A DNA stretch of 64,000 bases from a bacterium (lineage in GTDB: Bacteria > Electryoneota > Electryoneia > Electryoneales > Electryoneaceae), in the NCBI GenBank assembly GCA_963669175.1, contig OY769902.1:1696001-1760000 (forward strand), written 5' to 3'. The notes below the pieces were generated by a model. That model did not search any database, was not told where the DNA came from, and saw only the letters and a list, made by a program, of their open reading frames with translations. Positions 37,651 to 48,330 of this stretch are shown one piece after another. Within the stretch, counting starts at the first letter, position 1; the number at the start of each line of letters is the position of its first letter. The translations under genes and the position numbers were made by a program.

Positions 37651-38412
37651 CTATTCAGGCAATCGTTCACGATTGAAAAACGCCCGCACTCGCGGATCAT
37701 CACTATTCTCTTTCAATTCTCGTGGATCACCCTCAGCAATAATGCCGTGCGCGTCACGATCCAGCATGATAACACGGTCCGCGATTTTAAAAACACTTTC
37801 CAGTTCATGGGTTACCACTACCATAGTCGTATTCAGTGACGTATTGATGGCAAGCATCAGCTCGTCCAGTTCTACAGCCGTAATCGGGTCTAACCCGGCG
37901 GATGGTTCATCGAAAAACAGGATGTCCGGATCGAGTACCATGGCTCGTGCAAGTCCGCCACGTTTCTGCATACCGCCGCTCATCTCTGCCGGCATCAGAC
38001 GTCCACGATTCGCCAACCCAACCATTCCCAGCTTGATCTGAACCAGGTCACGGACCATCTGACGGTCGAGCTTACGATATTCGCGAAGCGGCAGGGCCAC
38101 GTTTGCGCCCAGGGTCATTGACTTCAGCAACGCGCCGGACTGAAAGAGAACACCGAACCGCTTGAGCAGGTCGCTGTATTCCCTTTCTGAAGCGGTGACA
38201 ATATTCACATCACCATACCAGACACTTCCGCCCTGCGGCTGACGCAACCCGATCAGATGCCGGAGCAACGTCGATTTTCCGCACCCGCTGCCGCCAAGCA
38301 CGACGAAAATCTCGCCCTCGTACACGTCAAACGACACATCATCCAGCACCACGTTGTCGTCAAACGCAACTGTGAGGTTCTCCACCCTGATCAGTGTTTT
38401 CCTGTCCGCCAT
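37651..38412 (-). CDS. mlaF: MlaF-type ABC ATPase
   Basis: 'GGSGCGKST', 'MSGGMQKR', 'FFDEPSAGLDP', 'VTHE'. Confidence 0.92.
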   Translation of the reverse strand: MADRKTLIRVENLTVAFDDNVVLDDVSFDVYEGEIFVVLGGSGCGKSTLLRHLIGLRQPQGGSVWYGDVNIVTASEREYSDLLKRFGVLFQSGALLKSMTLGANVALPLREYRKLDRQMVRDLVQIKLGMVGLANRGRLMPAEMSGGMQKRGGLARAMVLDPDILFFDEPSAGLDPITAVELDELMLAINTSLNTTMVVVTHELESVFKIADRVIMLDRDAHGIIAEGDPRELKENSDDPRVRAFFNRERLPE

Positions 38413-39551
38413 CAGCCAACCCCCAGGTAATGGAACAGGACTACGAATATGGAGTCAGCAATTACGATGAGGAAAATCCCGGCTACTACAGATTTTGTCG
38501 TGCTCTGTCCGACACCCAGCGCGCCGCCGGAGGTGGACATGCCGTAATAACAGCCCGCCGCAGCGATCAGTATACCAAAGAAGAAGGATTTCATTACTCC
38601 GGAGATGATGTCCCAGGAATCAATAGATCCCTGCATTTCCTGGAAAAAAGCTGGCATGGTTACATCAAGGCTGGATATAGCCACGACCAATCCGCCAAGG
38701 ATACCGAAAAAGTCGGCAAAACAGGTCAGGATCGGCAGGGCAAGCATAACAGCAATCAACCGGGGAATAACCAGGTAATCCAGGGGTTTGATCCCCATGA
38801 CCGTAAGTGCGTCAACCTCCTCGGATATTTTCATGGTGCCGATTTCAGCGGCAAAAGCCGATCCGGAACGGGCGGTGAGCATAATCGCCGCCATCAATGG
38901 TCCCATCTCACGGAATACCGAGAGTCCAACCAGGTCCGCTATGAAGATATTCGCACCGAGCTGTTTTAACTGGATAGCGGATACAAACGCAATCACCAAC
39001 CCGACCAGGAAACTGATCAGGGAAACAATCGGAAGTGCATCCGCCCCGGTGCTCTGAATCAGGTAGATCACCTGGGACCAGCGGACTCGGGTCGGATGTC
39101 CAAGTGCGAAGACCATGGACAGAACAACACGCCCAACATATTGCAGCATCTGACGAGCGTCATTCCAACGCTCCAGCGCCCAGTCGCCAACCACTTCGAA
39201 ACTATGCCGATGTTTCCATGTGGCCGGTTCGGGGTCTTTGAGAAGTTCGTCCAGGTTGGCAAGATGCAACAAGGGTTTGACCTTATCACTGACTTCGCCG
39301 ATTTGCAAAGATTTACAGCAGTCAACGAGGTCACGCATCAGCACAGCGATCATGGCCGCGCCGGACGAATCAAACCGTTCGATTCCGGTCAAATCCAGTA
39401 CGATTTCGCTGGCGTTGGCATTGGTAGCCAGCTCTGTGACTCGACTGCGTACTTCTTCCACATTGGGAAAGTGCAGCATACCACGCATGAAGATGGTTGC
39501 TTTGTCTTTGCCAGTGGATTTAATCTCAGCCGCGAAATCGTTTTCACTCAT
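38412..39551 (-). CDS. mlaE: MlaE permease with N-terminal STAS domain
   Basis: STAS 'LDLTGIERFDSSGA'; 'REMGPLMAAI..ARSGSAFAAEIGTMKISEEVDAL', 'VGQSTTKSVV'. Confidence 0.93.
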   Translation of the reverse strand: MSENDFAAEIKSTGKDKATIFMRGMLHFPNVEEVRSRVTELATNANASEIVLDLTGIERFDSSGAAMIAVLMRDLVDCCKSLQIGEVSDKVKPLLHLANLDELLKDPEPATWKHRHSFEVVGDWALERWNDARQMLQYVGRVVLSMVFALGHPTRVRWSQVIYLIQSTGADALPIVSLISFLVGLVIAFVSAIQLKQLGANIFIADLVGLSVFREMGPLMAAIMLTARSGSAFAAEIGTMKISEEVDALTVMGIKPLDYLVIPRLIAVMLALPILTCFADFFGILGGLVVAISSLDVTMPAFFQEMQGSIDSWDIISGVMKSFFFGILIAAAGCYYGMSTSGGALGVGQSTTKSVVAGIFLIVIADSIFVVLFHYLGVG

Positions 39552-39567
39552 AGGGAATATTGCCTGA

Positions 39568-39924
39568 TCAGAAACCGGGCATCTTCATCCCTGGCGGCAT
39601 CATCCCTGCCATGGGGCCGGTTACCTTGGCCATGTGTTCGGATGCAGCTTCCTGGGCTTGGCGCAGACCTTCGTTGACCGCCGCCAGAACGAGATCTTCC
39701 AGCATTTCCACATCATCGGGATCAACGGCTTCCGGGTTGATCTTGATGCCCAGAACTTCCAGCTTGCCATTGGCGCGCACTTCCACCATGCCGCCGCCGA
39801 TGGATGCGGTTACTTCCAGGTCAACCAGCTCTTCCTGCGCCTTCATCAAATCAGCCTGCATCTTCTGGGCCTGCTTCAGAATGTTACCCATTCCGCCACC
39901 GCCCATGCCCTTCATGCCCTTCAT
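39568..39924 (-). CDS. ybaB: YbaB/EbfC nucleoid-associated protein
   Basis: 'KQAQKMQ', 'GGGMV', '[16 protein letters not shown]'; directly downstream of dnaX. Confidence 0.95.
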   Translation of the reverse strand: MKGMKGMGGGGMGNILKQAQKMQADLMKAQEELVDLEVTASIGGGMVEVRANGKLEVLGIKINPEAVDPDDVEMLEDLVLAAVNEGLRQAQEAASEHMAKVTGPMAGMMPPGMKMPGF

Positions 39925-39965
39925 CTGACCTCCAGTATCGTAGAGTATGTGTATGCTGTGTTGTA

Positions 39966-41861
39966 CTACTCGTCAAACCGTAAATCCAGTCGCTCGACCA
40001 TCTGCTTCCAGACCGGATGCTCTTCCAGTTCCAGCTTGAATTCTTCCTGCTTGAGTTCCCGGCTGCTCAACCGCCTGGGGGGGCGCATGTTGTCCGGGAT
40101 ATCGCCACGATTCACCTGGATCTGGCGCAACACTCCGAACTGTTTGCGAAACGCCTTGTTCAGTGTTTCGCGAGACTGATTCACCTGCTCATAGGCAAAC
40201 TTGTCTTTCGGTGCGAATGTAATGGTCAGCGCCGAGTCAGTCAGATCCGTGGGCGCGCCCTCTTCAACCTGCGGCCCCAGAGTGTGCTGTTCATCGTATA
40301 CGGCATCAGCAAATTCAAGCCACTGCTTTCGAACGGTATCCAATGTCAACGAATCAGTGACCGCGCCAGCATCCGAATCGATTTCTACATCTTCTTCATC
40401 ATCGAGAACATCTTCATCCACCGGCTCTTCAACCGTCGGCTTGATTTCTTCGGTCTTCGCTTCTTTTGGTTCTGACGGTTCTACTGGCGTCTGAACCTTT
40501 TCTGCCACTTCATCCGCTTTGACAGCCGGTTTCTCTTGAACCTCTTCCGCCTTCTTTTCCGGTTCTTCCTTCACCTGAGGAGGCGGAGGTGGAGGCGGAG
40601 GCGGAGCTGCCGCTTTCGGCTGTGCCGGTTTGGGTGGTGGTGGTGGAGGCGGTGCAGCAACCTTTGGCCTGGCTGGTACAGGCTCACGCTGTACCGGATG
40701 CTTGAATGATTCCGGCGCTACGCCCATCTTCTGCAACAACGCGCCCAGCTCAATCGCACGATCCATCCGTGCCAGCCGCACAAGGAAAAGCTCCAGCCGC
40801 AGTTGCGGGTCCAGCGCCTCGCGCAGGATATCTTCCGTCTCCGCAGCCCATTCCGCCATGCGCAGCAAATCTTCCACGCTATGTTGGGTATAAGCTTCGG
40901 TATACTGGTTCCGATGCGGTTCAGATACATCCAGCTCGTTTGCCTGTCCGCCACTGTGCAGGTAGAGCAGGTTCATGACATGCCGCTGGAATCCATGCAG
41001 GAATTCACGTGGATCATGTCCGCCACCGCTGATCAAGTCCGCCAGTTCAAGCGCAACCGCAACCTGTCCCGTTGCCGCCATATCGGTCGTGCGGAAGAAC
41101 AGGTCCGTATCAATCAAGCCCAATGCCTGACGCACCACTTCACCGGTGATCGGATCATCGCCCTGGTAGGCTACAAGCTGATCAAGGATGGAAAGCGCGT
41201 CACGCAATGCGCCTTCAGCCTTCACCGCGATGGAAACCTGCGCCTCATCATCAATCGCCAGGGAATCGCCCTGTACAATTCGTTCGATCTGCTCACGAAT
41301 GCCCTTGGTGGGAATACGTTTAAAATCAAACCGCTGACAACGGGACAATACTGTAGCCGGAACCTTGTGAATCTCTGTAGTGGCGAAGATGAACATGGCA
41401 TGTTCGGGCGGCTCTTCCAGCGTCTTGAGCATGGCGTTGAACGCGGCCTGGGAGAGCATATGAACTTCGTCGATGATATAGACTTTCTTTTCCAGTGAAG
41501 AGGGGCTGAACTTGATATTTTCTCGCAAGGTGCGGATGTCATCCACCTTGTTGTTGGAGGCGCCGTCGATCTCAATCACATCCAGCGCGTTCCCCCCGCT
41601 GATGTCCTTGCAGGCGTCGCACTCGTTGCAGGGTTCGGGCAGACCATACTCGTCCGTTTGCAGGTTACGGCAGTTCACCGTCTTTGCCAGCAAACGCGCT
41701 ACAGTGGTCTTTCCCACGCCACGCGGGCCGGTGAAGATATAGGCATGCGCTACCCGTCCACGTGCAATCGCCTGCTGTAACGTGCGGGTGACATGCTGTT
41801 GCCCGATCACTTCATGAAACTGTTGCGGTCTCCAGCGCCGCGCCATTACCAGGTATGACAA
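39966..41861 (-). CDS. dnaX: DNA polymerase III subunit gamma/tau
   Basis: 'ARRWRPQQF', 'GPRGVGKTT', 'EIDGASN', 'IIDEVHML', 'SRCQRFDF', Pro-rich linker. Confidence 0.97.
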   Translation of the reverse strand: MSYLVMARRWRPQQFHEVIGQQHVTRTLQQAIARGRVAHAYIFTGPRGVGKTTVARLLAKTVNCRNLQTDEYGLPEPCNECDACKDISGGNALDVIEIDGASNNKVDDIRTLRENIKFSPSSLEKKVYIIDEVHMLSQAAFNAMLKTLEEPPEHAMFIFATTEIHKVPATVLSRCQRFDFKRIPTKGIREQIERIVQGDSLAIDDEAQVSIAVKAEGALRDALSILDQLVAYQGDDPITGEVVRQALGLIDTDLFFRTTDMAATGQVAVALELADLISGGGHDPREFLHGFQRHVMNLLYLHSGGQANELDVSEPHRNQYTEAYTQHSVEDLLRMAEWAAETEDILREALDPQLRLELFLVRLARMDRAIELGALLQKMGVAPESFKHPVQREPVPARPKVAAPPPPPPPKPAQPKAAAPPPPPPPPPQVKEEPEKKAEEVQEKPAVKADEVAEKVQTPVEPSEPKEAKTEEIKPTVEEPVDEDVLDDEEDVEIDSDAGAVTDSLTLDTVRKQWLEFADAVYDEQHTLGPQVEEGAPTDLTDSALTITFAPKDKFAYEQVNQSRETLNKAFRKQFGVLRQIQVNRGDIPDNMRPPRRLSSRELKQEEFKLELEEHPVWKQMVERLDLRFDE

Positions 41862-42123
41862 ATCCTCTCTCCCGGTGGATGCGATTTCGATTCATCAAGC
41901 CAATCCGCAGGATACAACGAATTGGCCTGTGTCGCCATGCAATCTCGAATATACCCTCCATTCACCGATGCGGCAAGCTGAGAAGCGGAAGGGTTTATCA
42001 TCGAGTTCAGAAGAGAACCATGATTCTCTCCATAAAGAAAATAATTACTAACCATATGTTCAGCGATTCTATCAGATGTATATTGTCTCTCCCGGAAAGA
42101 CTTCACCAGGTATTGAGGATACT

Positions 42124-44160
42124 ATGCCGCCATTTCAGCTTGTCAGCAAATTCGAGCCACGCGGGGACCAGCAGAAAGCGATCAAACAACTGGTCACCGG
42201 CTTCCAGAAAGGGCTTAACGCCCAGGTATTGCTGGGAATTACCGGCTCGGGGAAGACGTATACCGTCGCCAATGTAATCAAGCAACTCGGGCTTCCCACG
42301 CTGATCATGAGCCACAACAAGACCCTGGCCGCACAATTATATGGAGAATTCAAGCAGTTCTTCCCGGAAAACGCGGTCGAGTATTTCATCAGTTATTACG
42401 ATTATTACCAGCCGGAAGCGTATATACCTACCACCGACACCTACGTGGAGAAAGAGACCTCGGTAAACAATCAGATTGAACGCCTCCGTCTGCGCGCCAC
42501 CTCATCCCTGTTCGAACGTGATGATGTTGTTGTTGTTGCCAGTGTCTCCTCCATCTATGGTCTTGGTACGCCGCAGGACTATAAGAAGCTTGGCCTCTTC
42601 CTTGAACCGGGATTGCAAATAGAACGTGATAAAATTTTGCTCCGCCTGGTCGAAATTCAATACGAACGCACCAATGCGGATCTCGACTATGGAACATTCC
42701 GCGCTCGTGGAGATGTGGTTGAAATCCTGCCATCCTACGAGGAGGACGTTTTCCGGGTCGAAATGTGGGGCGATGAAGTGGAGAAAATCAGCCGGGTTCA
42801 CAAAGTAACCGGTGAAGTGAAAGCCCCGTTGAAAGGTGTGGTTATCTATCCGGACAGCCATTATGTGGCAACACGGGAACGGTTGGACAGGGCGATGGAA
42901 GCTATCCGTGAAGAGATGGAAATTCGCCTGGTTGAACTGAAAAAGCAGAACAAACTGGTTGAAGCACAACGTATTGAACAGCGTACCCGATTTGATCTGG
43001 AAATGCTGGCGGAAGTGGGGTATTGCAACGGTATCGAGAATTATTCACGTCACCTGATCGGGAGCAAACCGGGCGATCCGCCCAACACGCTGTTCGATTA
43101 TTTCCCCGAAGACTTCCTGGTCGTGGTTGATGAGTCACATGTCACCGTTCCCCAGATCGGTGGCATGTTCAACGGCGACCGTTCACGAAAAACCACCCTC
43201 GTGGAACATGGATTTCGCCTGCCCTCGGCGCTGGATAACCGTCCGCTGAAATTCCATGAATGGGAAGGTAAAGTTCCACGCATCCTCTTTGTCAGCGCCA
43301 CTCCGGCCAACTATGAACTGGAGAAGTCCAAGGGTGTGCTGGTCGAGCAGATTATTCGTCCCACCGGCTTGCTCGATCCGAAAATCGAGATCCGTCCAAC
43401 CAAGGACCAGGTTGACGATCTGCTGGAAGAGATCCGTGGGCAAGTTGGACGAGGGGAACGAGTGCTCGTAACCACCCTGACCAAGCGCATGGCCGAGAAC
43501 CTGTCGGATTACCTGAGGAAACTGGATATTCGTGTCCGTTATCTACACAGCGAAGTGGACAGCCTGGAACGTGTGCAGATTATCCGAGATCTGCGTCTGG
43601 GCAATTTCGATGTACTGGTGGGGATTAACCTGTTGCGTGAAGGTCTGGACCTGCCCGAAGTCAGCCTCGTTGCGATCCTTGATGCGGACAAGGAGGGGTT
43701 CCTGCGTAGCGAAACCAGCCTGATGCAGACTTCAGGACGCGCCGCGCGAAACGCCGCCGGACGTGTCATCTTCTACGCCGACAACATCACCAAGTCGATG
43801 AAAAAAGTGATTGACGAAGTGAACCGTCGCAGGAAAATCCAGCAGGAATACAATGAAGAGCACAATATTGAACCCAAGACCATCAAGAAGACCGTCGAAG
43901 AGATCATGGCTCAGACCAGCGCTGCCTCTGCTGCCATGCGCAAGGAAGATGTGCCGGATGAATTGTCACGTGTCAAACCGGCGGAGTTGACCCCGGACGA
44001 GAGAGAAGAACTGATCGCGCGACTGGAAGAACAGATGTTCCGTTACGCGGACGGCCTGGAGTTCGAGAAAGCGGCCCGGATTCGTGATGAGATCGAACGT
44101 ATCCGCAGTGGGGATGCCCCGGAAGAAACCCGCCTGAAAGCGCCACCGAAGAAGAAGTAG
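42124..44160 (+). CDS. uvrB: Excinuclease ABC subunit B
   Basis: 'GITGSGKT', '[10 protein letters not shown]', '[11 protein letters not shown]', 'DESH', '[10 protein letters not shown]', UVR domain '[11 protein letters not shown]'. Confidence 0.98.
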   Translation: MPPFQLVSKFEPRGDQQKAIKQLVTGFQKGLNAQVLLGITGSGKTYTVANVIKQLGLPTLIMSHNKTLAAQLYGEFKQFFPENAVEYFISYYDYYQPEAYIPTTDTYVEKETSVNNQIERLRLRATSSLFERDDVVVVASVSSIYGLGTPQDYKKLGLFLEPGLQIERDKILLRLVEIQYERTNADLDYGTFRARGDVVEILPSYEEDVFRVEMWGDEVEKISRVHKVTGEVKAPLKGVVIYPDSHYVATRERLDRAMEAIREEMEIRLVELKKQNKLVEAQRIEQRTRFDLEMLAEVGYCNGIENYSRHLIGSKPGDPPNTLFDYFPEDFLVVVDESHVTVPQIGGMFNGDRSRKTTLVEHGFRLPSALDNRPLKFHEWEGKVPRILFVSATPANYELEKSKGVLVEQIIRPTGLLDPKIEIRPTKDQVDDLLEEIRGQVGRGERVLVTTLTKRMAENLSDYLRKLDIRVRYLHSEVDSLERVQIIRDLRLGNFDVLVGINLLREGLDLPEVSLVAILDADKEGFLRSETSLMQTSGRAARNAAGRVIFYADNITKSMKKVIDEVNRRRKIQQEYNEEHNIEPKTIKKTVEEIMAQTSAASAAMRKEDVPDELSRVKPAELTPDEREELIARLEEQMFRYADGLEFEKAARIRDEIERIRSGDAPEETRLKAPPKKK

Positions 44161-44285
44161 AACTTGACTCACAGGATGATAGGATAGAAGAATGATACAA
44201 ATGTGAGATTTGAATAAAACAACTTTTGAACTTTCAAACTTTGCAACTTTCAAACTCCCAAGATATTGTGAGACAAAGCAGGCAC

Positions 44286-44505
44286 GAAAAGGGGACGGAA
44301 TCCTTTTTCCCGCGCATATACTGGCCACTCTCGTTACTGTTTCGGAAAAGGAAGCTGTACCCTTTTCGATGTGAGATAGCTGACTCACAGGAAATAATAT
44401 CGAGCGAATAGCCTGATCACCGGCAAAAGGGGACAGTCACCTTTTCGATTATCTGTATTATGATGTATCTCACCTCGCGTAACGAAAAGGAAACAGTCCC
44501 CTTTT
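44286..44505. repeat. Cluster of four GGGAC/GTCCC-type REP-like motifs
   Basis: GAAAAGGGGACGGAATCCTTTTTC, GAAAAGGAAGCTGTACCCTTTTC, AAAAGGGGACAGTCACCTTTTC, GAAAAGGAAACAGTCCCCTTTT. Confidence 0.78.
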
Positions 44506-44804
44506 GCTGCCCGGCCTCCCCGCAATATTTCATCTCCTCCCCAAATATAGTTGTCGAGGATCAAACGGGGATTTTAGGGTCTTTTGCGAGCGTTTCCGCT
44601 TACTAACTTCTGAAGGACTGATTCTCCCTGTAGAATAAACCCCGCCGGGCAGCCGCTTCCGTTTCGCTTCAGCGTGCTTCAAGCCGTCGGGGCCAAATGT
44701 TCCAGATCATCCAATTCCGTCGTGGAGACAATCTGCTGAAAATGGATGACTTTTCGGTTATCTTATTGACGGGTGCATGGGTACAACGGTCAACGGAGGT
44801 TCTG

Positions 44805-47072
44805 ATGCGCAGAGGCGCTTGGATTGTAATAATTACTGGAATCAGCATTTTGTTGACGGCAGTGTTCGTGTTCGGTTCCAGCAGTGAACGTAGTACAACA
44901 GGAACTCTTCCCGAGGCTCCGCAGGGAGTTGAACGCATCGAAAAAGCCCACCTGGTAACGGATCAGCTTGAATTGCAGCAGCCACAACCGGAGCGTGCGA
45001 GCCTTTCAGAACTGGACGACTGGGTTCTTATCGAAGAGGAAACCCGAAGTCTTTCCATTCCCCCGCAAGGTTGGATGGCGATCAAGTACGACCTGCCTGC
45101 ACGCAACATGTCCATCATCAGGCCTGAGGACAGTTTCACCGATATGACCTGGGAAGCAATAAATCGTTGCCCCGGGTGGATTCGCAATGACCTGATCGAC
45201 AACATGCGTCTATTCGGTGAACTGACCTTCTTGCCGGATATCTGGGCGGAAGCGATCCTGAATTGTGAAGACCCGTATGTTGATGAACTTTGCTATTTCT
45301 TCGCCCATATCTCGTCGCAATTGTATACCACCGGCTTGATCAGTTGGGATATGGACCTGATCATGGAGAATATTGAAGGTGTCTACGCCGCGGACAGCTT
45401 GCTGGATTATGTCACGATCAACGATTACGGCACATCGCAGGATGAGGACTATTATTCAACCGTTGAATACCGCATGGGAACCTGGGGTGATTCGGTGACA
45501 TGTGATACGACCACCATCGAAATTGATCGTGATATCTACTACATGTACATCGTCCACCCGCGCCTGACAGATGAATCGCCAAAGTATATCAACCCCGCGA
45601 ATGGCAATAATTCGGTGCCGCCGGATGGAAGATTCTGGCGGGACTATTTACTGTATGAACCTGATTCGGGCTATGTTTCTCTCGCTGACCAGTTGGCAGA
45701 TTGCGGAATCATGTACGGCAACAAGACCAACAACAACACGTCAGACAATGGCGCAATCGGCCTGATTACCCGTTGGATCCAGGATATCATGGACTTCGGC
45801 AGCGGCAACGAGCGTCCTATTCAGCCGGTCCGCATCTATAACCTCCATTTGGGGCGTTGTGGAGAGCACCAGGATATCACCGCTGCCGCCGCGCGCGCTG
45901 CATTGATTCCCTGTCTTGGCACGACTTCCATCACCGAGGACCATGTCTGGGATGAATTCTACGATGGCGAGAACTGGATCGCCTGGGAGCCGGTGAACAA
46001 TTATATCAACTCGCCGTTAGCCTATCAGGGCTGGGGCAAACAATTCCCGGCGCTTCTGGACTGGCGCAGTGACGGCTGGGTGTGGACGGTAACAGACCGT
46101 TACCACAGCGAAACAGCATGGCTGGATGTCTATGTGGAGGATGCGGACGGCAGTCCGATGGACGGCGCCCGGGTCAAGATCATGGGCGAGTACCTGTATG
46201 GCGGCTTCCAGGTAGGATCCTGCGCGTGGACCAACTCGGACGGCTGGTGCGGGTTCCCGGTCGGGCTGGAGAAGAACATCTACCTGTCCATCACCTCTGA
46301 AGTCGGCAGTACAGGAAATGTGCTGGCGCTTTCTGCCGATGACAGCGAAGCCGGCCAGACCTATTCCTATACCGAGACCTTCGGCGACGTTACAGAAGGG
46401 TATTACCCTACATATGTTGACGAGCCGGGGCCGGGACTGGATATGTTCAATCTCGTAGCAGACATCGCACTGACCGACGAGAAAGCGTACGGTCAACTCT
46501 TTACCAATGCGGATTTTATTGCCAGTGTGGGGAATGATGCCGACATCTCGCACCGTCTGGAAACCTTCGTCTGCACCGAAGAATCCTATGCCCTGTTTAC
46601 GCAGGGGGAGCCATTCACTGCCTATATGTATCCGGTCAACGATGATAGCGGGCAAACCGCCAACGTGACCATGAACGTCCCGGAAGAACAGGTGTACTAT
46701 GTGGTTATCGCCAACATGAACAGTTGGCGAACTTATCAGCGCCTGGATGTAACCGCACAGTTTTACGCGGATGAATCGGTTGATGTTGCGGACAACACAA
46801 CACAGCCGGAAGCGTTTGTCCTGGGCGATGTGTACCCGAACCCGTTCAACTCCTGCGCGAATATCCGGTTTAATCTCACTGCACCGCAGACAGTCAAGGC
46901 CACTGTTTATAACGTGCAGGGCCGTATGGTGGAACAGGTCAACCTCGGCAGCATGAATACCGGTGAACATCGTGTCGCCCTGGATCTGGCCGGACATGGC
47001 AGCGGTACTTATTTCGTACGAGTGCAGGCAGGCAAGCATGAAGCGGTTCGGAGACTGATGCTGGTGAAGTAA
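44805..47072 (+). CDS. Transglutaminase-like (PNGase-type motif) protein with T9SS C-terminal sorting domain
   Basis: N-terminal signal; 'GRCGEH', 'EDHVWDEFY', 'WIAWEP'; C-terminal 'YPNPFNS...SGTYFVR...RRLMLVK'. Confidence 0.85.
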   Translation: MRRGAWIVIITGISILLTAVFVFGSSSERSTTGTLPEAPQGVERIEKAHLVTDQLELQQPQPERASLSELDDWVLIEEETRSLSIPPQGWMAIKYDLPARNMSIIRPEDSFTDMTWEAINRCPGWIRNDLIDNMRLFGELTFLPDIWAEAILNCEDPYVDELCYFFAHISSQLYTTGLISWDMDLIMENIEGVYAADSLLDYVTINDYGTSQDEDYYSTVEYRMGTWGDSVTCDTTTIEIDRDIYYMYIVHPRLTDESPKYINPANGNNSVPPDGRFWRDYLLYEPDSGYVSLADQLADCGIMYGNKTNNNTSDNGAIGLITRWIQDIMDFGSGNERPIQPVRIYNLHLGRCGEHQDITAAAARAALIPCLGTTSITEDHVWDEFYDGENWIAWEPVNNYINSPLAYQGWGKQFPALLDWRSDGWVWTVTDRYHSETAWLDVYVEDADGSPMDGARVKIMGEYLYGGFQVGSCAWTNSDGWCGFPVGLEKNIYLSITSEVGSTGNVLALSADDSEAGQTYSYTETFGDVTEGYYPTYVDEPGPGLDMFNLVADIALTDEKAYGQLFTNADFIASVGNDADISHRLETFVCTEESYALFTQGEPFTAYMYPVNDDSGQTANVTMNVPEEQVYYVVIANMNSWRTYQRLDVTAQFYADESVDVADNTTQPEAFVLGDVYPNPFNSCANIRFNLTAPQTVKATVYNVQGRMVEQVNLGSMNTGEHRVALDLAGHGSGTYFVRVQAGKHEAVRRLMLVK

Positions 47073-47096
47073 GTCGCCTCAGACTCTTTCAGATAT

Positions 47097-47130
47097 AACA
47101 ACACCGGGACTTCTATCCCGGTGTTGTTTT
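47097..47130. terminator. Bidirectional intrinsic terminator
   Basis: AACAACACCGGGA-loop-TCCCGGTGTTGTT between convergent genes. Confidence 0.75.
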
Positions 47131-47168
47131 GTATGAAAGGTTTGTGGAAAAAAGCATTCAAACCATGT

Positions 47169-48146
47169 CTACGAATAATACATCTGTTTCACCTTGGAAA
47201 GTGTATCATAACCATATGCCACATGGTAGAAATGACCTTCTTTGGGAATCACATGAAAGGCGACATCTTTCAGTTTGGTCTCATAGTATTTTGCGAATAC
47301 CATGGGGACAAACAGATCATCCTCACCCTGAAAAACATCAATATGGGCGGTAATATCTTCAACATTAAAATCCCAGGTCTGCACAATGCGCTGGGCATCG
47401 TAGGACGGTCCCTTGGTGCCATGTTTGAAGGATTCCTGCATATCACGCATGAACATGTACTGGAAATCCTCATGGGCAAACAACCTGTTGTCCGCCTCAC
47501 ATAAGCTGCCGGAAAACATCTTGGTGAAAGTCTTTGGGCTCTTCAGAAGCTTTTGTGATAATCCAACAAAACTGTACATGACTTCGAATTCCCATAACGG
47601 CATATGGTTGGCCAGCTTGGCATAAATCCTGTCGGTGAAGCCGATCTGTTTCTGCATTACCGGATCGCCATAAAGCGGTGATGCGCAGGCCAATGCGCAG
47701 ACACAAGTCAGCCGCTGGGGCATATGCCGTGCGGAAGCCATCAGGGTAGGACCGCCGCCGGAAATACCCATGATTGCAAACTTGTCCAACTTCAAATGAT
47801 CGGCCAGTTCTTCCATGTAGCCGGCATAGCTCATATGCGTCCATTTGGTAAAACTGGAATCGGATATACCCGGGCGTGTAGGAACAATGATGCGAAATCC
47901 AAGATCCTGTCCCGGCTTATGCAACAGCATGGGGTGGATATGCGCGCCAGTGCCATGGTAGAAAAGTATGGGGTGACCTTTGGGATCACCGTATTCATGC
48001 ACCCCCAGTTTTACGTTGTCACTCGTTGTAAAATAGAACATTTGCTCATGCAGCTGATCAACTTCTTCTCTGGTCAGAACGGTAAATGTTTTTGTGATAT
48101 CATCCGGTTTTTCGCCACTGTTGGATGCTACGGTATCCTTTTGCAT
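47169..48146 (-). CDS. Alpha/beta hydrolase
   Basis: 'FYHGT', nucleophile 'GISGGG', 'QGEDD', 'EGH'. Confidence 0.9.
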   Translation of the reverse strand: MQKDTVASNSGEKPDDITKTFTVLTREEVDQLHEQMFYFTTSDNVKLGVHEYGDPKGHPILFYHGTGAHIHPMLLHKPGQDLGFRIIVPTRPGISDSSFTKWTHMSYAGYMEELADHLKLDKFAIMGISGGGPTLMASARHMPQRLTCVCALACASPLYGDPVMQKQIGFTDRIYAKLANHMPLWEFEVMYSFVGLSQKLLKSPKTFTKMFSGSLCEADNRLFAHEDFQYMFMRDMQESFKHGTKGPSYDAQRIVQTWDFNVEDITAHIDVFQGEDDLFVPMVFAKYYETKLKDVAFHVIPKEGHFYHVAYGYDTLSKVKQMYYS

Positions 48147-48253
48147 GCCACATTTCCCCTTGTATATCAACGAAAAAATCACGATGAAGACCAATAACTT
48201 GAGCAAGATATAAAGTCGAGTGTTGAAAGGCTACGTGGGAGCGTGGAAAAATC

Positions 48254-48288
48254 AAAAAACCCGTTCAGCGACTGCTCGCTGAACGGGT
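48254..48288 (-). terminator. Intrinsic terminator of the three-gene cassette
   Basis: ACCCGTTCAGCGA...TCGCTGAACGGGT with a T run on the minus strand. Confidence 0.75.
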
Positions 48289-48330
48289 ATGAAGTTTCTT
48301 CAACAAAAGCTGGAGGAAGAACCTGCGAAG

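Noticed and set aside
39966-41861. Programmed -1 frameshift in dnaX
   Set aside because: I saw no A-AAA-AAG slippery heptamer or long A run on the coding strand.
44638-44696. SRP RNA or riboswitch upstream of the transglutaminase-like gene
   Set aside because: A GC-rich imperfect stem with repeated GCTTC is present, but it does not match the SRP core or any riboswitch consensus I can recognise.
46017-47039. 340-aa antisense ORF (likewise 15854-16585, 40803-41498, 51216-51986, 60738-61526)
   Set aside because: These are shadow frames opposite well-supported genes and carry no recognisable motifs.
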